Source of the DNA: Alphaproteobacteria bacterium
GTDB lineage: Bacteria > Pseudomonadota > Alphaproteobacteria > Rickettsiales > SXRF01
NCBI GenBank assembly: GCA_033763575.1
Contig: JANRKF010000010.1
Span: 13,376-77,375, forward strand
DNA: 64,000 nucleotides
Reading direction: 5' to 3'
The position numbers and the translations under genes are program-made. The notes beneath the pieces were generated by a model. It saw nothing but the letters and a program-made list of their open reading frames with translations. It was not told the DNA's origin and searched no databases. Shown here one piece after another: positions 57,818 to 64,000 of the stretch (position 1 is its first letter; the number at the start of each line of letters is the position of its first letter).

Positions 57818-57904
57818 TTTGGTTTTTAGTCTTTAGTCGTTAGTCTTTGGTCTTTGTCGCTAGAAACTAACGACCAAGGACCGAAGCCCCATGACCAAGG
57901 ACCC
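57818..57904. repeat. heptamer-arm element (TTWGTCT family) at the rplS-leuC junction
   Basis: tttagtc tttagtc gttagtc tttggtc ... actaacg accaagg accgaag ... accaagg. Confidence 0.8.
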
Positions 57905-59312
57905 TATGAAAACCCTCTACGATAAAATCTTTGAATCGCACCTTGTGCATCAGGCCGATGACGGCACCTGCCTCCTTTATATCGACCGACACCTCATCCA
58001 TGAAGTGACCAGCCCGCAGGCGTTTGAAGGCCTTCGCACCAGTGGCCGCACCGTGCGCCGCCCGGATGCAACGCTCGCCGTTCCCGACCACAACGTGCCG
58101 ACCACGCCGGAGCGGAAACAAGGCATCATCAAGGACGAAACCTCACGCATCCAGGTGCAGACGCTCGCGAATAATGCGAAAGAATTCGGCATCACCCATT
58201 ATGCGATGGACGATAAGCGCCAGGGCATCGTGCATATCGTGGGGCCTGAGCAGGGCTTCACCCAGCCGGGCATGACGATTGTGTGCGGCGACTCGCACAC
58301 CAGCACCCACGGCGCGTTCGGCGCGCTGGCTTTCGGCATTGGCACCTCGGAAGTGGAGCATGTGCTGGCCACCCAGACCCTCATCCAGCGCCACGCAAAA
58401 AACATGCTCGTGCGCGTGGACGGCACGCTCGGCAAAGGCGTCACCGCCAAAGACATCGTGCTCGCCATCATCGGCAAACTCGGCACGGCGGGCGGCACCG
58501 GCTATGTCATCGAATATGCGGGCGACGCCATTCGCGGACTTTCGATGGAAGGCCGCATGACGGTGTGCAACATGACCATCGAGGCGGGCGCACGCGCAGG
58601 CCTCATCGCGCCGGATGAAGTCACCTTCGAATATATCAAAGGCCGCAACCTCGCCCCGAAAGGCGCGGACTGGGACAAAGCGGTGGAATATTGGAAAACG
58701 CTGCCAAGCGACGCGGGCGCGAAATACGACGCGGAAATTATTTTAAACGCCGCCGATATCGCCCCGCAAGTGACGTGGGGAACCAGCCCGGAAGATGTGC
58801 TGCCGATCACGGCCAACGTGCCTTTCCTCAAGGATATCAAGGACGAGGCGAAGCGCTCGGCGGTCGCCCGTTCGCTGGAATATATGGGCCTGAAAGAAGG
58901 CGAAAAACTGACCGACATCGCGATCGATAAAGTGTTCATCGGCTCCTGCACCAATGGCCGCATCGAAGATCTGCGCGCCGCCGCCAAACTCGCCGAGGGC
59001 AAGAAAATCGCAGGCAACATCAAGCTCGCCATGGTCGTGCCCGGCTCCGGCTTAGTCAAAGAACAGGCGGAAAAAGAAGGCCTCGATAAAATTTTCCTCG
59101 CCGCCGGATTCGAGTGGCGCGAGCCAGGCTGTTCCATGTGCCTAGCCATGAACGCCGACCAGCTTGCGCCGGGCGAGCGTTGCGCCTCCACCTCCAACCG
59201 CAACTTTGAAGGCCGTCAGGGCCGTGGCGGACGCACCCACCTCGTCTCTCCGGAAATGGCAGTGGCGGCAGCGGTCACCGGAAAGCTCGCGGATGTAAGG
59301 GAGATCAAATAA
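57891..59312 (+). CDS. leuC: 3-isopropylmalate dehydratase large subunit (start 57891 or 57906)
   Basis: [42 protein letters not shown]. Confidence 0.98.
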   Translation: MTKDPMKTLYDKIFESHLVHQADDGTCLLYIDRHLIHEVTSPQAFEGLRTSGRTVRRPDATLAVPDHNVPTTPERKQGIIKDETSRIQVQTLANNAKEFGITHYAMDDKRQGIVHIVGPEQGFTQPGMTIVCGDSHTSTHGAFGALAFGIGTSEVEHVLATQTLIQRHAKNMLVRVDGTLGKGVTAKDIVLAIIGKLGTAGGTGYVIEYAGDAIRGLSMEGRMTVCNMTIEAGARAGLIAPDEVTFEYIKGRNLAPKGADWDKAVEYWKTLPSDAGAKYDAEIILNAADIAPQVTWGTSPEDVLPITANVPFLKDIKDEAKRSAVARSLEYMGLKEGEKLTDIAIDKVFIGSCTNGRIEDLRAAAKLAEGKKIAGNIKLAMVVPGSGLVKEQAEKEGLDKIFLAAGFEWREPGCSMCLAMNADQLAPGERCASTSNRNFEGRQGRGGRTHLVSPEMAVAAAVTGKLADVREIK

Positions 59313-59455
59313 TGTCATTCTTCAGTAGGCTTTTCTCAATTTTCAACCGCAAGAAAAAACGCGAAGACGAGTGGGCGAAAAATTTTGCCCATATTCCGCC
59401 TGCAAAACCGGATAACCTGTTGCCGCTTGACCCGAACGACCCATGGAAAACCTGA
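59312..59455 (+). CDS. 47-aa small ORF (below ORF-track cut-off)
   Basis: TAATG coupling to leuC; [47 protein letters not shown]. Confidence 0.55.
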   Translation: MSFFSRLFSIFNRKKKREDEWAKNFAHIPPAKPDNLLPLDPNDPWKT

Positions 59456-59468
59456 GGAGAAGAGTTGT

Positions 59469-59786
59469 ATGACGATAGCTGTTGGTAGTAAAGTAATGCA
59501 TAAAAATAAGAGCGCATCGTTTGGCAAAGGTACGGTGATGCATATTAATTATGATGCTCAGCCTGCTTCCGTTTTGGTTGAATGGGATGCACATTCCCGC
59601 AAGGTTGGCGACAGCAAATATTCTGATCGCCAGACACATGTCAAAATCACCAGCCTCGCTCCCACTTCTCTACGCGTATTTTCGGGTGCCGCAGCGTCGA
59701 AGCACCCCTTCCGGGGCTGGCTTACATTTATTATTGCCGTGCTTAAGAATATTTTTAATTTCAAAGATATTACCCTCAAAAAATAA
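59469..59786 (+). CDS. small hypothetical protein, KOW/SH3-like N-terminus
   Basis: RBS gaggag; VGSKVMHK...FGKGTV. Confidence 0.6.
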   Translation: MTIAVGSKVMHKNKSASFGKGTVMHINYDAQPASVLVEWDAHSRKVGDSKYSDRQTHVKITSLAPTSLRVFSGAAASKHPFRGWLTFIIAVLKNIFNFKDITLKK

Positions 59787-59797
59787 GAGTCAGAGAT

Positions 59798-60400
59798 ATG
59801 CAACCTTTTAATACACTCACCGCCGTTGCGGCACCGCTCATGATCGAAAATATCGACACCGACATGATCATCCCGAAACAATTTTTGAAAACCATCAAGC
59901 GCACGGGCCTGAAGGAAGGCCTGTTTTACGAAATGCGTTTTCGCGTCGATGGCAGCCGGGTCGATGATTTCGTGCTGCACAACGCGCCGTACGACCACGC
60001 GCAAATCCTGGTCGCGGGCGGCAATTTCGGCTGCGGGTCGAGCCGCGAGCATGCGCCGTGGGCGCTGCTGGATTTCGGCATTGCTTGCGTGATCGCGCCC
60101 TCCTTTGCCGATATTTTTTATAATAACTGCTTCAAAAACGGCATCCTCCCCGTGGTGCTGCCGAAGGACCAGGTGGATACCCTGGCGGGGTATACCAAAA
60201 GCGGCGGCACACTCACCATCGACCTGAACGCGCAAAAAATCACCGCCGGGAATCACCAGTTCGGCTTTGATGTGGAACCCTTCCGCAAGCATTGCCTGAT
60301 GAATGGGTTGGATGACATCGGCCTCACGCTTGAAAAACTGCCGCAAATTGCCGCCTACGAGCAAACACAGAAAGCGCAGACGCCGTGGCTGGCTGCGTGA
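59798..60400 (+). CDS. leuD: 3-isopropylmalate dehydratase small subunit
   Basis: [38 protein letters not shown]. Confidence 0.98.
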   Translation: MQPFNTLTAVAAPLMIENIDTDMIIPKQFLKTIKRTGLKEGLFYEMRFRVDGSRVDDFVLHNAPYDHAQILVAGGNFGCGSSREHAPWALLDFGIACVIAPSFADIFYNNCFKNGILPVVLPKDQVDTLAGYTKSGGTLTIDLNAQKITAGNHQFGFDVEPFRKHCLMNGLDDIGLTLEKLPQIAAYEQTQKAQTPWLAA

Positions 60401-60990
60401 GCGGCGACCACCATCACGATCACCATCATCACGACCGCAAAATCCTGTGGATTGCGTTTGCGCTGAATTTTCCGCTGTTCGTGCTGGAGGTGTGGCAGGG
60501 CATGGAGGCGAATTCGACCTCGCTGCTCGCCGATTCCATGGATTTTCTGAGCGATAGTTTCAGCTACCTGATTACGCTTTATGTCATCGCCAGGCCGCTG
60601 CATGTGCGGGCGAAGGCCTCCATCTTCAAAGCGGCGCTGATGCTTTTGCTGGCGGCAGGCGCGTTTTCGCAGGGCATCCATAACATCATGAACAACCATA
60701 CCCCGGAATATTTGACGATGGGCTGGGTCGGGACCTTGGCGCTCATCGCCAATCTTGCAACGGCGGCGCTACTATATAAAACCCGCAACCGCGACAGCAA
60801 CATGAGCTCCATCTGGCTCTGCAGCCGCAATGATGCGCTGGCCAATATTTTTATCCTGATCGCCGCCGGGCTGGTATTCGCCACCGGCACATTATGGCCG
60901 GATCTGGCGGTGGCGTTGATTATCACTTGGCTTGAGGGCAGCTCTGCGCTAAAGATCATCGCCCAAGCGAAAGAGGAATTGAAGAAATGA
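60397..60990 (+). CDS. short cation diffusion facilitator (CzcD-like)
   Basis: GTGA overlap with leuD; His-rich N-terminus, [16 protein letters not shown]. Confidence 0.88.
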   Translation: MSGDHHHDHHHHDRKILWIAFALNFPLFVLEVWQGMEANSTSLLADSMDFLSDSFSYLITLYVIARPLHVRAKASIFKAALMLLLAAGAFSQGIHNIMNNHTPEYLTMGWVGTLALIANLATAALLYKTRNRDSNMSSIWLCSRNDALANIFILIAAGLVFATGTLWPDLAVALIITWLEGSSALKIIAQAKEELKK

Positions 60991-62069
60991 CAAAACATAT
61001 TTTATTGCTCCCCGGCGATGGTATTGGCCCGGAAGTTGTTGGCGAAACAAAGAAAATCATCGATTGGTTCAGCAAAAACGGCCCGGTGGAATTCACCACC
61101 AGCGAGGCGCTGCTCGGCGGCGCGGCCTATGACGCGGTGGGCACCCCCTTCCCCGATGAAACAGTGGTGGAAGCCAAAAAATCCGATGCCGTGCTGCTGG
61201 GCGCGGTCGGTGGCCCCAAATGGGAGTCGCTGCCCATTGCCTCGCGCCCGGAAAAAGGCCTGCTCGGCATTCGCAAAGCCCTCGGCTTGTTTGCCAACCT
61301 CCGCCCGGCGCAATGTTTCCCGGCGCTTGCCGATGCATCCACACTCAAAACCGAAGTGATCTCCGGCCTCGACATCATGATCGTGCGCGAACTCACCGGT
61401 GGCATCTATTTTGGCCAGCCACGCGGCGTGGAAACGCTCGCCGACGGCACCCGTCGCGGCTTCAACACCGAAGTCTACACCTCCCCGGAAGTGCACCGCA
61501 TCGCCCGCGTGGCGTTTGACCTTGCGGCGAAACGCGGCGGCAAGCTCTGCTCAGTGGATAAGGCCAATGTGCTGGAATGCACGGAGATGTGGCGCGAGGA
61601 AGTCATCAAAATCCATCAGGCGGAATATAAAAATATCGAGCTTTCCCACATGTATGTCGATAATGCGGCGATGCAACTCGTGCGGAACCCCAAGCAGTTC
61701 GACGTGATGGTTACCACCAACATGTTCGGCGATATTCTGTCGGACGTAGCGAGCATGCTCACCGGCTCGCTCGGCATGCTGCCTTCGGCATCGCTTGGCG
61801 CGCCGGGCACCCCCGGCGTCTATGAGCCTGTGCACGGCTCCGCGCCGGATATTGCGGGCAAGCAACTGGCCAACCCGATTGCGACCGTCCTCTCTTTTGC
61901 CATGATGCTGCGCTATTCGTTTGATCTGGGCGCTGAGGCCGACAAGCTGGAGCGTGCCGTGCAGGCCGTGCTGGATCAGGGGCTTCGCACCGCCGACATC
62001 ATGCAGCCGGGCAAGCAGAAAGTGGGCACGTCGGAGATGGGTGATGCCATTGTGAAGGCATTGGGCTAA
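60987..62069 (+). CDS. leuB: 3-isopropylmalate dehydrogenase
   Basis: [41 protein letters not shown]. Confidence 0.98.
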   Translation: MTKHILLLPGDGIGPEVVGETKKIIDWFSKNGPVEFTTSEALLGGAAYDAVGTPFPDETVVEAKKSDAVLLGAVGGPKWESLPIASRPEKGLLGIRKALGLFANLRPAQCFPALADASTLKTEVISGLDIMIVRELTGGIYFGQPRGVETLADGTRRGFNTEVYTSPEVHRIARVAFDLAAKRGGKLCSVDKANVLECTEMWREEVIKIHQAEYKNIELSHMYVDNAAMQLVRNPKQFDVMVTTNMFGDILSDVASMLTGSLGMLPSASLGAPGTPGVYEPVHGSAPDIAGKQLANPIATVLSFAMMLRYSFDLGAEADKLERAVQAVLDQGLRTADIMQPGKQKVGTSEMGDAIVKALG

Positions 62070-63334
62070 TGGAAAGCAAAAAGGCGCGATGCCGAGGCAA
62101 CAAGGGTATGCAGCGCACTGCTAATGCTCGCAGTATGTTCACCCAATTTAGGCGCTGGTGAAAGCAATCCTTGGTTTGGAAACATATTGGAATTTATTCC
62201 TGTTGCCATGTATTTTCCACCAGACGGTAACGTCACAAGGCCAGGAGATTTTTTGATCGCCTCTTCAAACGTAACCACCGGTGCAGAAGCAAAAGGTTGA
62301 TCTTGCAATGAATACACCCATTCGGCGGTGCTGTGCAACCTAGTGCGCTCTTGTATCGTACTCTCAACAATTTCCTGATTCTGCCTTCTAATTTCGTTGG
62401 TTGGGTATTGCTCAGCAAGTTTGGGAACCCCGATAATTTCGCAAAACAACTTAAACTGTGCATCAGTTCCAATAGCAATCGCAACACGTCCATCTTGGGT
62501 ATCAAAATAGCCGTAAGGGACAATTGAAGAATTTTTAGTGCCATTATCCTCATGCGTCATCACTTGGTTCATTGCTGAGAACATAGCAACATTGATCATC
62601 GGTAAATCACAAACCACTATATTGTGGTGTTGAGATAATTTATCTTTTTCTGCTGGTGAAAGATTACCAGACAACCATGACCAATGCGATAAAATTTCTA
62701 CCGCCGCCATGCTGCCAACCATCATATCCGTTGGAGAGTTAGGAATTGCTTTGCCACCATTCAAATCCACATAGCCTGCCGCTGCCTGGATGGATCGATC
62801 ATAGGCAATGCGAGGGTCGTCTTTTCCGTATCCGCTGATGACGGTATAGATTTTAGGTTTTGTATGATTTACTGTGAAGAAATCCCGCAACACCTTATCA
62901 TGGGTTCTCGCATTATGCGAACGATTGTCGATCACAACGTCTGCGGCGTGCAACATATATGACTTCAATTGCTCGCTTTGCGGATCGCGCCCAAGTGTAA
63001 TGCTTTTCTTCCCTACATTGAACGTGCCAAAAGTATTGGGGCTACTGTTATGGCGTTTTGAATCGCCCACTTCAGGCTCAGCTTTAATAACTAACGCCCC
63101 CCTGCCCGCCAACAACCTAGAGGCAAACGGTCCGCAAATTTGCTGTTCCAATGAAAATACCACCATGCCGTTCAATGGGCCTGGTACGATTTCATCCTTA
63201 AACATTTCCAGCAATTGGTCATGTGCTGCTTTGGAAAACTCAGCATATTGTCCATTGGAAAGCTGAGCAGACGCTGGCATCCCTGCAACCTGAATATTAT
63301 CGTTAACTGGAACTTCTTGCGACTCTAGCGGCAT
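62066..63334 (-). CDS. divergent CaiB/BaiF-family CoA-transferase
   Basis: [41 protein letters not shown]; AT-rich. Confidence 0.85.
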   Translation of the reverse strand: MPLESQEVPVNDNIQVAGMPASAQLSNGQYAEFSKAAHDQLLEMFKDEIVPGPLNGMVVFSLEQQICGPFASRLLAGRGALVIKAEPEVGDSKRHNSSPNTFGTFNVGKKSITLGRDPQSEQLKSYMLHAADVVIDNRSHNARTHDKVLRDFFTVNHTKPKIYTVISGYGKDDPRIAYDRSIQAAAGYVDLNGGKAIPNSPTDMMVGSMAAVEILSHWSWLSGNLSPAEKDKLSQHHNIVVCDLPMINVAMFSAMNQVMTHEDNGTKNSSIVPYGYFDTQDGRVAIAIGTDAQFKLFCEIIGVPKLAEQYPTNEIRRQNQEIVESTIQERTRLHSTAEWVYSLQDQPFASAPVVTFEEAIKKSPGLVTLPSGGKYMATGINSNMFPNQGLLSPAPKLGEHTASISSALHTLVASASRLFAFH

Positions 63335-63525
63335 GCGTCTTTGCCTTTTTCCGGTCTAATACAAGTCGTTAGTATATTATTAAAATATGTTATTGAAAAG
63401 AGATTTTTTGTATTATTTGCATAATAATTAGTGCAACCGGATGAAAATGCTAGCATTTACTTGTATTTCTTACTATTCTTTCGTCCCCTTTCAATACTTT
63501 TATACTTAAACAGAAGATTTAACAT

Positions 63526-64000
<475 letters not shown>

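Overview
Alphaproteobacterial chromosome segment. It is inferred to come from a non-obligate, Rickettsiales-like lineage: yajC-secD lacks an adjacent secF, the glutamine synthetase has only a catalytic domain, and there are RPE-like repeats, yet trp, leu, his and sulfate-uptake genes are present. The backbone is housekeeping: ugd/galU, rpmG-yajC-secD, hisI, znuCB, glmM, thiD, rpsA-sppA-ihfB-lapA-trpFBA, trxA-addA, phoR, trpS/hemB, ubiX, lepA, a sulfate-uptake cluster, two tRNAs, glmS, and ffh...rpsP-rimM-trmD-rplS-leuCD-leuB-asd. Three accessory layers are superimposed on it. (1) At least five families of 45-145 bp palindromic or 7/8-mer-repeat elements sit at gene junctions or in frame inside galU, thiD, trmD, sbp, and the likely N-termini of rimM, trpS and hemB. 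(2) About ten orphan, often Ala/Pro-rich, effector-like genes are inserted singly into conserved operons, and many carry one of two 11-bp-periodic promoter signatures (CtrA-like or Pho-box-like). (3) Small selfish or defence cassettes are present: BrnTA flanked by a 50-bp duplication of the hemB 3' end, an AbrB-PemK pair, an orphan PemK inside the trp operon, and an integrase-less Schlafen/AlbA_2 mini-island at tRNA-Ala. No CRISPR array, integrase, transposase or rRNA was seen. All family assignments come from motif recognition by eye; no database searches were run.
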